Positions 29,616-38,794 of a DNA stretch of 64,000 nt are shown one piece after another (the first letter of the stretch is position 1; the number at the start of each line of letters is the position of its first letter). The notes beneath the pieces were generated by a model. The model ran no database searches. It saw nothing but the letters and a program-made list of their open reading frames with translations, and was not told the DNA's origin. The DNA comes from a virus, in the IMG/VR virus record IMGVR_UViG_3300006750_000002, positions 126,909 to 190,908 of that record; one strand, written 5' to 3'. Made by a program: the position numbers and the translations under genes.

Positions 29616-30503
29616 TTGACAATACACTTTATTTTTATTATTCTTCTATCAAACATTAAAATAATGGTAGAAGAAACCCCGACCCTAGAACAAATCGCCG
29701 AATTAAATCCAGACGCTATAGTGTTAGACGGTCTACATGGAGCAATCGTCGGTATAGGGTATTCAAAAGATTTAGAACCTAGGTTGATTTATTCAATAGA
29801 AACTATTATATTAACTCTTATGGGACGTGACAAAATGACAGAACAAGAAGCTATAGAATTTTATGACTATAATATTGCAGATGGGTATTTTGGAAAACAT
29901 GGCCCCATATTTTTAGAAAAACCAACACAACAAAGTAGTGAGGTTATAGGAAAAGAAGGTGCCATAGAATTTAATAATTTACCTTCAAAATCTTCTACAC
30001 CTACTATGACATATGCTGGAGTGGGTTCCAGAGTTACTCCAGCTTCTATATTAAAAGCTATGACAGACGTAGCTAAAATGCTTGAGTCTAAAGGATATAC
30101 TTTAAATACAGGTAAAACATTTAGAAATAAAGAAGAAGGTGCAGATAAGGCATTTTCAGATGGTACAACTCAAAAGAATTTGTTTTCACCAGAAGTACAA
30201 GGTAGTAGAATAAAAGAACAAACTATAGCTAAAGAAATACATCCTGCACCCTCAAGATTAAAGGGTGGAGGCCTTAAACTTATGGCTAGAAATACTAATC
30301 AAATATTTGGAGATAATTTAGATACTCCTGTTGATTTTGTATTATTCTACGCTGAAGAAACAGATAATCCATTAAGACCTAAAGGTGGAACAGGGCAAGC
30401 AGTAGAAATGGCTAGGCGTAAAGGTATTCCAACTATTAATATGACTGATACTAATTGGAAAAATCAATTAGAAAAAGTATTAGAATTACCCAATAACAAC
30501 TAA
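29616..30503 (+). CDS. fusion of a phage hypothetical domain and a SLOG/DprA-like domain
   Basis: N-half LDGLHGAIVG...EAIEFYDYNI; C-half YAGVGSR...GAD...GGTGQAVEMARRKGIP; probable start ATG 29663. Confidence 0.65.
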   Translation: MTIHFIFIILLSNIKIMVEETPTLEQIAELNPDAIVLDGLHGAIVGIGYSKDLEPRLIYSIETIILTLMGRDKMTEQEAIEFYDYNIADGYFGKHGPIFLEKPTQQSSEVIGKEGAIEFNNLPSKSSTPTMTYAGVGSRVTPASILKAMTDVAKMLESKGYTLNTGKTFRNKEEGADKAFSDGTTQKNLFSPEVQGSRIKEQTIAKEIHPAPSRLKGGGLKLMARNTNQIFGDNLDTPVDFVLFYAEETDNPLRPKGGTGQAVEMARRKGIPTINMTDTNWKNQLEKVLELPNNN

Positions 30504-30530
30504 AAAAAATAAAAATATTACTCCAGGGGC

Positions 30531-30558
30531 TTGACAGGGGGAATTTTTTTCCTATAAT
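30531..30558 (+). promoter_or_regulatory. canonical -35/-10 promoter-like site
   Basis: TTGACA (30531-36), 16 nt, TATAAT (30553-58). Confidence 0.45.
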
Positions 30559-30635
30559 TAAACAACGTTAGTGACTTTTACCATTTTTTTACTTACTTAT
30601 ACAACTATTCAAAACAGACTTTAAAACTAGAAATT

Positions 30636-32075
30636 ATGAATTTACGAGACTCACTTCAGACACAAGACACGGTAACCGAAAAGGGGATGACAACTAACTC
30701 ATCTACTTTAAATCACTGTGTAGACCTATTTTTTCAGATAGGTGCGATGAGAGGGATGGACAAGAAAAGACTTGTTTCTAAATTCTCAAAGGCATATAAC
30801 GAAGACGCTCTAATGTCCATGAGAATTTTATTCTGGGCAAGAGACGTAAGAGGTGGTGCTGGTGAAAGACAAATTTTTAGAGATTTACTAGATTGGTTAT
30901 GTGAAAACCACAGTGATGTACTAAACAAAAATGTTCACTTAATTAGTGAATATGGAAGGTGGGATGATATTTTGACACTTGTTGGTACTACAAACTGTTG
31001 GTTGGAACCATTAGCTTTAATCAAAACCGCTTTGGAAAACAAAGATGGGTTATGTGCAAAGTGGATGCCAAGAAAAGGTGTGAAAGCAAATACGATTAGA
31101 AAGTACATGAAAATGACACCTAAAGAATATCGTAAGATGGTAGTGGGGCTAACTAATGTGGTGGAAACTAGTATGTGTGCTAAGGAATGGGAGAATATTG
31201 ATTATTCTAAATTACCATCCTTGGCATCGTCTAGGTACCAAAGAGCATTCCATAAGAATGATGGTGAAAGGTATGAGGAGTATGTAGAGTCTCTTAAAAA
31301 GGGAACTACTAAGATTAACAGTGGAGCAGTTTACCCTTACGACATCACTAAATCTGTTAAGTTCGGTGACGTGGAAGTTGCTAGTGAACAGTGGAAAGTT
31401 TTACCTAATTACATGGAAGGTTCTGAAGAAAGAATTCTCCCAGTGGTAGATGTTTCAGGTTCGATGGGTTGTCCCGTGGGAAATAACCCTAACCTTACTT
31501 GTTTGGATGTCGCAATCTCATTAGGTTTATACATTTCGGAAAGAAACTTAGGACCCTTCCAAGATACGTTTGTAACGTTCTCGGCGAGACCGAAACTTCA
31601 AGTACTTAATGGTAACCTAAGGGATAGAATAGTGCAATTGTCACAAGCGGATTGGGGCATGACCACTAACCTAGAAGCTACCTTTCAACTGATTCTAGGT
31701 CAAGCTGTTAAACACCAAGTTTCACAAGATGAAATGCCTACCAAAGTATTGATTCTCTCAGATATGGAATTTGATGAAGCTACAGCTAAGTCATGGAGAA
31801 CTTACGATAAAGTACCTCAGTGGAATCCAACCGCACAACAAATGATTAAAGGAATGTATGAAGAAGCTGGATACGAAATGCCAGATATCGTTTACTGGAA
31901 CTTAAATGCCAGAAATGATAATTTCCCAACTTCAGTTAATGAAATGGGAACAGCGTTAGTGTCTGGTTTCTCTCCTTCAATCATGAAAAGTATTTTAACA
32001 TGTGAGGAGTTTACTCCTTACAAAATAATGATGGAGACTATCGACTCTGGTCGATACGAACCAATCAGGGTCTGA
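30636..32075 (+). CDS. DUF2828 / TROVE-like protein with C-terminal vWA domain
   Basis: RDVRGGAGER, YGRWDD, LCAKWMPR, VDVSGSM (MIDAS), TFS, ILSDMEFD, IVYWNL, LVSGFSPS. Confidence 0.8.
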   Translation: MNLRDSLQTQDTVTEKGMTTNSSTLNHCVDLFFQIGAMRGMDKKRLVSKFSKAYNEDALMSMRILFWARDVRGGAGERQIFRDLLDWLCENHSDVLNKNVHLISEYGRWDDILTLVGTTNCWLEPLALIKTALENKDGLCAKWMPRKGVKANTIRKYMKMTPKEYRKMVVGLTNVVETSMCAKEWENIDYSKLPSLASSRYQRAFHKNDGERYEEYVESLKKGTTKINSGAVYPYDITKSVKFGDVEVASEQWKVLPNYMEGSEERILPVVDVSGSMGCPVGNNPNLTCLDVAISLGLYISERNLGPFQDTFVTFSARPKLQVLNGNLRDRIVQLSQADWGMTTNLEATFQLILGQAVKHQVSQDEMPTKVLILSDMEFDEATAKSWRTYDKVPQWNPTAQQMIKGMYEEAGYEMPDIVYWNLNARNDNFPTSVNEMGTALVSGFSPSIMKSILTCEEFTPYKIMMETIDSGRYEPIRV

Positions 32076-32237
32076 TGGGTAGACCAAAGAATCTCTTCGG
32101 CAAAATTTAACTATAAATCAAAACCAGAGAGAGAGGTGGAAGTTACTCCCCACCTTGTTGAATAACAAAAAAAGGGGTATTTAGTCTCAGGAGTCCTAAG
32201 TAAAAAAAGAGTCCAAACATGATTCTGACTACCCAGA
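32076..32237 (+). ncRNA. candidate structured RNA 1 (multi-stem, ~160 nt)
   Basis: TGGGTAG/CTACCCA, AGAATC/GATTCT and AGGTGG/CCACCT pairings; TCGGCAA after the 5' stem. Confidence 0.4.
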
Positions 32238-32275
32238 AGATTTGACAACTATCGTGACATGTTCACGTTTTTATA

Positions 32276-32334
32276 GAAAGGAAGGTTACAGCAATCTTTA
32301 ATTGTAACCAAATCAAACAACGACCCCCTTCCTG
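32276..32334 (+). ncRNA. candidate structured RNA 2
   Basis: AGGAAGG/CCTTCCT and GGTTACA/TGTAACC stems; ACAGCAA; similar to 43547-43609. Confidence 0.45.
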
Positions 32335-32342
32335 AATTTATT

Positions 32343-32371
32343 AAAACCCCAGTGACGACTGGGGTTTTTTT
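32343..32371 (+). terminator. intrinsic terminator
   Basis: AAAACCCCAGT-GACG-ACTGGGGTTTTTTT. Confidence 0.88.
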
Positions 32372-32372
32372 A

Positions 32373-32404
32373 TTTGCATATATAAAGTATTTTCCCTATA
32401 TTTG
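32373..32404 (+). promoter_or_regulatory. Bacteroidota sigma-70-type promoter
   Basis: TTTG (32373-76), 20 nt, TATATTTG (32397-404). Confidence 0.75.
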
Positions 32405-32424
32405 TATTAATAAAATTAGAAATT

Positions 32425-33165
32425 ATGCCAAAGATATTTGAAGTAGGGGGTTGTGTTAGAGATGAGATACTAGGTGTCCACACAAATGACATTGATTTCA
32501 CTTTTGTACTAGATGATATTAATCAGACAGTAGATGAAGGTTGGGAACAAATGTTGGGCCACTTAAAATCCACAGGATTTAAAATATTTTTGGAGACAAA
32601 AGATTGTTTTACTGTAAGAGCCAAATTCCCTAAAGGACATAAACACGAAGGTCTAGTTGCAGATTTTGTAATGGCAAGAAAAGAAGTGGGCGTGATTCCT
32701 GGTACTAGAAAACCTGTTCTTAAGTTGGGCACCCTAGAGGATGATTTGACTCGAAGAGATTTTACACTAAACGCTTTAGCCAAAGATTTAGATGGTAACA
32801 TCATCGATTTATTTGATGGGCAACTTCATTTGATTTTAAATTTGTTGATTACTCCTTTGGACCCAGTTACCACCTTTTTAGACGACCCTCTTCGTATGAT
32901 TCGCGCACTTAGATTTCACATTACCAGAGGTTTTCAAATCCATGAAACTGTATGGGAAGCAATTTTCACTCCAGGCCTTATAGATAAGTTGGAAGAAGTG
33001 GTTTCACAAGAACGAATCCAAGGAGAAGTTATGAAAATGATGAAACACGACACAGTAAAAACTTTACGATTGTTTTCTAAGATTGATAAAGCAGAACCTA
33101 GATTATTAGAAATTATGTTTGGTGGTGACATGTGGTTACTACCAACAAACAAAAAACAAAGATGA
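32425..33165 (+). CDS. class II tRNA nucleotidyltransferase (CCA-adding/poly(A) polymerase family), minimal form
   Basis: VGGCVRD, DIDF, DLTRRDFTLNALA, DDPLRMIRALRF, SQERI; no HD domain. Confidence 0.88.
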   Translation: MPKIFEVGGCVRDEILGVHTNDIDFTFVLDDINQTVDEGWEQMLGHLKSTGFKIFLETKDCFTVRAKFPKGHKHEGLVADFVMARKEVGVIPGTRKPVLKLGTLEDDLTRRDFTLNALAKDLDGNIIDLFDGQLHLILNLLITPLDPVTTFLDDPLRMIRALRFHITRGFQIHETVWEAIFTPGLIDKLEEVVSQERIQGEVMKMMKHDTVKTLRLFSKIDKAEPRLLEIMFGGDMWLLPTNKKQR

Positions 33166-33483
33166 AGGTGAGTAACTGTTGGTATCTTTAAAATCACATA
33201 TTCAAGCGTTACAATGATACGAAAAACAATTAAAATGGTTATTAGTATCTATGAAATCATATATGCAAGTATTGTTGTGATATGAAAAATGATGAGATGT
33301 AGGACATTTGACGCTGCAACTTCTTATCAATTGGATTGAAAAGTAAACTGATGAGTTTACATTCTACAACAGTTTGTCAACCAACTGGGGTTGTGGGGTT
33401 CGATACCGCACATGGATTTAATCGTAAATCACATGATAAGAATTTTGTTAAAACTGAAACTATGGGATTACTAGTTCAGATTT

Positions 33484-33714
33484 TCACCTAGTCTTAAGGT
33501 ACTCCATAATTAACTGTACCATGTTGGCGTCAAAATATCTAGAATCAAATTCTGCTACAATTTCACTGGAATCTTCAGTTTCGTGATATATCATATAACG
33601 AGGATAATCAAAACCGTCAGTATATTCCACTACCAGTTCCCCATCTTTATACTCTGTTCTACTAATCTCGTCAATACCAAACTCCCTTAAGAGTTTTCTA
33701 ATTTGTTTTGTCAT
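33484..33714 (-). CDS. hypothetical protein
   Basis: ORF 76 aa. Confidence 0.6.
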   Translation of the reverse strand: MTKQIRKLLREFGIDEISRTEYKDGELVVEYTDGFDYPRYMIYHETEDSSEIVAEFDSRYFDANMVQLIMEYLKTR

Positions 33715-34250
33715 TTATTTATTATTTTAATAATTCTCTTGTTACTGTTCACGATAGAATCTAGATAGTGTAAACTATCCCTAACTAACTCAACAGCAAT
33801 CACTAGATTTTCTTTTTCTTGTTTAATCTTTCCAATTTCATTCATATGGTTAAACAATGTGGAATCATAGTCGTCACATGTTTGTGATAACAAACCTTTT
33901 AACACTTCCCTATCATTTTCCACAACTTGTATTGTTGAGTCTTTTTTAATAACGAAAGATTTAAGTTTCTCTATTTCTAAGCTTTCTGAGTTAACAACCT
34001 CTTTTAGTGTATTAATTGATTGTGACGTTTTTTTACGTTCTTCCCCACGCTTTACAATAACTGAATCAGCTAAACTTAAAGTTCTCTCAATATCATCAAT
34101 TAAGTTACTATCCACTTTAGTTACGTGTTCTATTGGTACGACCTTTAGAATCTTTTTTTCTGGAAAGTTATTTACATACATAGATATGAAATAACAAAGG
34201 CACCCAGTAATGACACCAATAAATAAACATTTCAATCCTCCGCTAAACAT
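33711..34250 (-). CDS. membrane-anchored coiled-coil protein (spanin-like candidate)
   Basis: N-terminal TM followed by coiled coil. Confidence 0.45.
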   Translation of the reverse strand: MFSGGLKCLFIGVITGCLCYFISMYVNNFPEKKILKVVPIEHVTKVDSNLIDDIERTLSLADSVIVKRGEERKKTSQSINTLKEVVNSESLEIEKLKSFVIKKDSTIQVVENDREVLKGLLSQTCDDYDSTLFNHMNEIGKIKQEKENLVIAVELVRDSLHYLDSIVNSNKRIIKIINK

Positions 34251-34495
34251 TCCATTAATTTTTCATTCATTATACTTAATTTCTCTTCGTACCGAATATT
34301 TAATTCTTCAAGAGATTCTATGCGGTCTTTGTGGTCGTCAATACGACTCATACATGTGTTTTCAAAGTTAACTAGTTGTTGTTCATGTATTTTTACCATG
34401 TCAACATACAAATAACCAATAACCACCAAAGCTATAAACGCAATCGCGGCAATTGGGTTTTTAATGAACTGTTCAAGTGTTACGGGTAATTTCAT
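34232..34495 (-). CDS. single-TM protein (holin-like candidate)
   Basis: PIAAIAFIALVVIGYLYV TM plus coiled coil. Confidence 0.45.
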   Translation of the reverse strand: MKLPVTLEQFIKNPIAAIAFIALVVIGYLYVDMVKIHEQQLVNFENTCMSRIDDHKDRIESLEELNIRYEEKLSIMNEKLMECLAED

Positions 34496-34655
34496 TTAGT
34501 TTAAATTCTCCTCTAGATTTATTAATAAATAGGTCCACCGTTGATAAATGACACTTTCATATTTTTTCCTTTATCTCATTAATAAGCATTCGTTAGTTTT
34601 AAAATCGATTACTTACCTCCCTACGTCCCAAGACGTAAATAATTTGGTAATTAAG

Positions 34656-34686
34656 TTTGTATTATAAGTTAATTGTTGTATATTTG
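34656..34686 (+). promoter_or_regulatory. Bacteroidota sigma-70-type promoter
   Basis: TTTG (34656-59), 19 nt, TATATTTG (34679-86). Confidence 0.72.
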
Positions 34687-34721
34687 TATTGTTCAATTAA
34701 TCACACTTAAACGACATACTT

Positions 34722-35291
34722 ATGACAGACCAGGAGACTATACAAAAACTTAAAGAGTATACAGGAAATAACGGATTTCTTAAATCAGTACTAAACGGTT
34801 ATAACCGTTGGGGAGGATTAACACCTAAACAAATGGAAGCAGTTAAGAAATTTTTTACACCTAAAAAACCAAAAGGGAGTATCGAACCCATCAAGGTAAA
34901 CATCGACGTAATTTTAAAAAGATATGTTGCGAGAGGAATATCAGAAGCGTATGGTTTAGACAAGATTACACCTATAACGGTTACGATTTCTGAGGTCAAC
35001 GCTCTAACCGCTAAAGCGGTGAGAGTAAAAGGGAAGATGACCTTTACAGATGTTGGGTGTTGTCGCTGTTGTGGTAGAGACCTTACGGATTGGATATCCA
35101 AGGCTTCTGGAATCGGTCCCACCTGTGCAAAATATATGGGAATTAAAAGACCTACGACTAAAGCAGATATTGTTGAGTTTAATAAAAACTTGAAAGAAAG
35201 AATTGAGGAGATGGGTGAGTTTGAATTCTGGATTCCAAAATCTCATATCAAAGATGTGATGGGAAGTTTTAAATACATCTTGGAGTGTTAA
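34722..35291 (+). CDS. protein with DUF6011-like Zn-finger
   Basis: CRCCGRDLTD..S...GIGPTCA. Confidence 0.7.
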   Translation: MTDQETIQKLKEYTGNNGFLKSVLNGYNRWGGLTPKQMEAVKKFFTPKKPKGSIEPIKVNIDVILKRYVARGISEAYGLDKITPITVTISEVNALTAKAVRVKGKMTFTDVGCCRCCGRDLTDWISKASGIGPTCAKYMGIKRPTTKADIVEFNKNLKERIEEMGEFEFWIPKSHIKDVMGSFKYILEC

Positions 35292-35298
35292 TGAACAT

Positions 35299-35323
35299 AA
35301 TGGGGCTTGGCCCCATTTTTTTT
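35299..35323 (+). terminator. intrinsic terminator
   Basis: AATGGGG-CTTGG-CCCCATTTTTTTT. Confidence 0.7.
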
Positions 35324-35367
35324 GTAAGAGACTTTTCTTAACCATTATTATTCCCTATATTTATATC

Positions 35368-35751
35368 ATGAATTATCATGAAGACGACAGAGCACAACGA
35401 CTATTAGATGTCTTTCCTTTAAATGAAGGGCAAATTAATATTAGTTATATAAATTCTACAGAACATATTGTAGCTTGGCATAAACACGAGAAACAAACGG
35501 ACTATTGGATTTGTTTAAAAGGAAGTTTAAAAGTTGGATGGGCAACTGAAGATGATGGGTGTGAGTTTAAATATCTTTCAGAAAAAAATCTTAATGTGTT
35601 AGAAATCCCCCCAGGGATATATCACGGATATAAAGCATTAGAACCAGGAACAATCCTTGCTTATTATGTTACTAGAAAATATGACCCAAACGACGAACAT
35701 AGAGCTAATATCGGACACTTTGGTGAGGAATGGAAGACAGAAAATAAATAA
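35368..35751 (+). CDS. cupin, dTDP-sugar epimerase/isomerase-like
   Basis: AWHKHEKQTD...LKGSLKV...LEIPPGIYHGY. Confidence 0.75.
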   Translation: MNYHEDDRAQRLLDVFPLNEGQINISYINSTEHIVAWHKHEKQTDYWICLKGSLKVGWATEDDGCEFKYLSEKNLNVLEIPPGIYHGYKALEPGTILAYYVTRKYDPNDEHRANIGHFGEEWKTENK

Positions 35752-35757
35752 GTAAAT

Positions 35758-36438
35758 ATGGAAAACAATATAGGTAAAGATTTTAGTTTATACGCTAGAA
35801 GTATGAAAAATAACATAAGTTCTACCGCGTTATGGGACTATGAAAATAGTATGACACCATACATTTTAGAAGAAAGGGAAATGAGAGCAACACAAATGGA
35901 CATTTTTTCTCGTCTGATGATGGAAAGATTAATATGGGTAGCAGGACCAATTGTGGATGTTACAGGACAAATCTTACAAGCTCAGTTAATGTATTTAGAT
36001 ACGGTGAATGCTGATGACATTAGGATACACATAGATTCACCAGGTGGTTCTGTAAAAGCAGGGTTAGGAGTTGTAGATGTGATGGATTATGTCAGTTGTG
36101 ATATCAGGACCGTAAATACTGGGATGGCAGCGTCCATGGGTTCAGTACTTCTTGCTTGTGGTACGAAAGGTAAACGTAACTCTTTAAAGTATAGTAAAAC
36201 CATGTTACACCAGTCTAGTGGTGGAGCTGTGGGAAATATCCAAGACGCACGTATCACTATGGATGAATGGGAAAAAACTAATAAAATCCTATTTAAAATA
36301 CTAGGTAAATCTTGTGGTAAAACAGCAAAACAAGTGGAAAAGGATGCACAAAGAGATTTGTGGTTAGATTCCCAAGAAGCACAAGACTATGGAATAATTG
36401 ATGAAATAATACAAAACTCAAAAGCATTTAAAAAATGA
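35758..36438 (+). CDS. clpP: ATP-dependent Clp protease proteolytic subunit
   Basis: DIFSRL, IDSPGGSV, GMAASMG (Ser), MLHQ (His), RDLW (Asp), YGIID. Confidence 0.95.
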   Translation: MENNIGKDFSLYARSMKNNISSTALWDYENSMTPYILEEREMRATQMDIFSRLMMERLIWVAGPIVDVTGQILQAQLMYLDTVNADDIRIHIDSPGGSVKAGLGVVDVMDYVSCDIRTVNTGMAASMGSVLLACGTKGKRNSLKYSKTMLHQSSGGAVGNIQDARITMDEWEKTNKILFKILGKSCGKTAKQVEKDAQRDLWLDSQEAQDYGIIDEIIQNSKAFKK

Positions 36439-37034
36439 AAAAAGAACCAACTTGGGGAGGGAAAGAAAAGGATTTAGAGTCTTCCAGTGAAAGTGACAAT
36501 CAAATTACAAGGGTAGATAACCATATCTATTTTTATTCTGAAGTGGAACGTCCAAAAATGTTAGAACTTAATAAGAAAATTAATGAATTAGATATTAATT
36601 TACAAACCATAAGTTTAAAATTAGGTACAGAACCACCAAAGATGTACTTACATATTAATTCGTATGGGGGAAGTATATTTGCGGGATTATCTACTCTAGA
36701 TACCATAAGAAATACTAAATGTGATGTGGTTACAATTATAGAAGGGTGTGCGGCAAGTGCAGGAACAATGATAAGTGTGGTGGGTAAAGAAAGACACATG
36801 CATAAACACGCTTACATGTTAATACACCAACTAAGTGCTGGGACCTGGGGAAAATATAACGACCTAGTTGATGATATGGAAAATAACACCAGACTTATGA
36901 AAATGATAAAGAAACTATATGCTGAGTATAGTCAGGTCCCTAAAGAAGAATTAGATGAAATTCTTAAACATGATTTATGGTGGGATGCGGAAAAATGCTT
37001 AGAGTATGGTTTGGTAGATAAAATTTTAGATTAA
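36435..37034 (+). CDS. second, divergent ClpP-family protease
   Basis: INSYGGS, GCAASAG, LIHQ, HDLWWDA, YGLVD; triad appears intact. Confidence 0.85.
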   Translation: MKKEPTWGGKEKDLESSSESDNQITRVDNHIYFYSEVERPKMLELNKKINELDINLQTISLKLGTEPPKMYLHINSYGGSIFAGLSTLDTIRNTKCDVVTIIEGCAASAGTMISVVGKERHMHKHAYMLIHQLSAGTWGKYNDLVDDMENNTRLMKMIKKLYAEYSQVPKEELDEILKHDLWWDAEKCLEYGLVDKILD

Positions 37035-37044
37035 ACATTAAAAT

Positions 37045-37491
37045 ATGATAGTAGAGAAGTATGTGAAATTATTAGATAATATTGCAGAAAAATTTAACGA
37101 TAAAGATAAGATTAAATCTTTTTTCAATACTTACAAATGGAAGATATTGTTATTTATTTTTCTAATGAGAGGGCTGGGGGTGATGTATGAAGTTTATACC
37201 ATTGGGACCTGTGTTAATTGTGGTAACCTAACCGAAGACCAAATGAGGGATATTGTTAAGAACAGTGAAACCGTGTCAGAATTTACTAACCAATTAAAAT
37301 TCGTCCCACATACCGACTTAATCACCTATTTTAAAGATTTATGGTTACCACTATGTGCGAATTGGGCAGCTATGTTTTTAAGTTTATCTATACTGTATGT
37401 GGTGTGGAAGGTACTCTCTACGGTACTTCTAAAGGCATACCTAAGTGTCGTAAAAAATACGACATCAAAACAAAAAAATAAAAAAATATGA
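37045..37491 (+). CDS. membrane protein with CxxC
   Basis: two TM helices flanking CVNC. Confidence 0.6.
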   Translation: MIVEKYVKLLDNIAEKFNDKDKIKSFFNTYKWKILLFIFLMRGLGVMYEVYTIGTCVNCGNLTEDQMRDIVKNSETVSEFTNQLKFVPHTDLITYFKDLWLPLCANWAAMFLSLSILYVVWKVLSTVLLKAYLSVVKNTTSKQKNKKI

Positions 37492-37904
37492 GAATAATAA
37501 CTGATTATGGAGAAATAATAATTTCATTATTTGGTGAGACGCCTGACACTAAAAAAAACTTTGAAACTTTAATCGATAATGGGTTCTACAGGGATTTAAC
37601 TTTTCATAGGGTTATCCCAGGATTTGTAGTACAAGGAGGGTGCCCAAACGGTGATGGTAGCGGTGGCCCTGGGCACACCATCAAATGTGAAGTAAATAGT
37701 GACAAACAATATCACGACAGGGGTATTTTATCTATGGCACATAGAGGTAAAGACACTGGGGGTTCACAATTCTTCATCTGTCTAAATAGACATACGACAC
37801 AACACCTAGATGGTTTACACACTTGTTTTGGTGAAGTAATAAAAGGAATGGGTATTATTGACAAAATTAAACAAGGTGATAAATTTAGTATAGTAAAAAA
37901 TTAG
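37488..37904 (+). CDS. cyclophilin-type peptidyl-prolyl isomerase
   Basis: [37 protein letters not shown]. Confidence 0.93.
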   Translation: MRIITDYGEIIISLFGETPDTKKNFETLIDNGFYRDLTFHRVIPGFVVQGGCPNGDGSGGPGHTIKCEVNSDKQYHDRGILSMAHRGKDTGGSQFFICLNRHTTQHLDGLHTCFGEVIKGMGIIDKIKQGDKFSIVKN

Positions 37905-37907
37905 AAT

Positions 37908-38387
37908 ATGGAAAAAGTAGAAATTATGATGTATACAATGCCCACATGTGGATATTGTACAAAAATGAAAGGAGAGTTAGAAAAATCTAATATTACCTAT
38001 ACTGAAAAAAATTATAAAGATAATAAAGAGGAGTGGGAACATATTAAATCACTTACCAGGAGTGCAGTATTTCCTACATTCGTAGTGGGTAAAGAATACC
38101 TAATCCCAAATAGAGACTTTAAAACCCCTCAGGAAGCCATCCAGTCTCTCCAATACTACCAAAATAGTATGCATAGAGACCAAACTATTGAAGATTTAGT
38201 TGAACTATTAAAAAATAATATGTATATGACCAAGATGGCTCTAGATAAAATAGAGGCCATTAATGTTAAACTGACTAAACAAGAGAAGGTAGAGGCACAA
38301 AATGCAATACAAGAAGATAGGAAAGAACATCTAGAACAACAAAAGAAAATAATGGATAAAATACGACTTAAAAAAACTATAAGTTAA
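37908..38387 (+). CDS. glutaredoxin-like protein with coiled-coil tail
   Basis: CGYC...VFPTF. Confidence 0.75.
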   Translation: MEKVEIMMYTMPTCGYCTKMKGELEKSNITYTEKNYKDNKEEWEHIKSLTRSAVFPTFVVGKEYLIPNRDFKTPQEAIQSLQYYQNSMHRDQTIEDLVELLKNNMYMTKMALDKIEAINVKLTKQEKVEAQNAIQEDRKEHLEQQKKIMDKIRLKKTIS

Positions 38388-38550
38388 AAATTAATAACCA
38401 CATTACAATACTTATTAATATGAAGGTCCATCACCCCATGGTTATAAAAAAATTACCAAGTAATAATGTGTTAGTAGCTTTACCTGACTACCCTAGACCT
38501 ATTATTATGTCAAGACAACAGTTTGAGATAGATAAAAGAAAGTATGTGGG

Positions 38551-38778
38551 ATGTTAGGTGGGGACAACCAAGATAAAATTTTTGATAAGATAATAAAATG
38601 CGTATTAACAGGTCAACTTACTGAAAAAAAAGATTTAAAGCTTTTTGGGATTACCGAACCTAATCTACAAAAAGAAGTTATGTGGAAACTGTTTGAAGAA
38701 AAAGTGGCTACAACCCATGACAAAAAAGAAAAACATGGATTAATCAATCTATTCCACAGAACGAATCTTCTATCTTAA
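38551..38778 (+). CDS. hypothetical protein
   Basis: ORF 75 aa; KDLKLFGI resembles KDFKLFGI inside the next ORF. Confidence 0.5.
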   Translation: MLGGDNQDKIFDKIIKCVLTGQLTEKKDLKLFGITEPNLQKEVMWKLFEEKVATTHDKKEKHGLINLFHRTNLLS

Positions 38779-38794
38779 AGGATATTTATGATTA

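Noticed and set aside
33348-33460. Hammerhead ribozyme suggested by CTGATGA at ~33348 and a later GAAAC
   Set aside because: CTGATGA sits in the loop of its own hairpin, the GAAA is ~100 nt away without a proper stem II, and stems I and III cannot be formed.
33711-34495. Definitive holin-spanin lysis cassette
   Set aside because: Only topology supports it; there is no adjacent endolysin and no lipoprotein o-spanin was identified.
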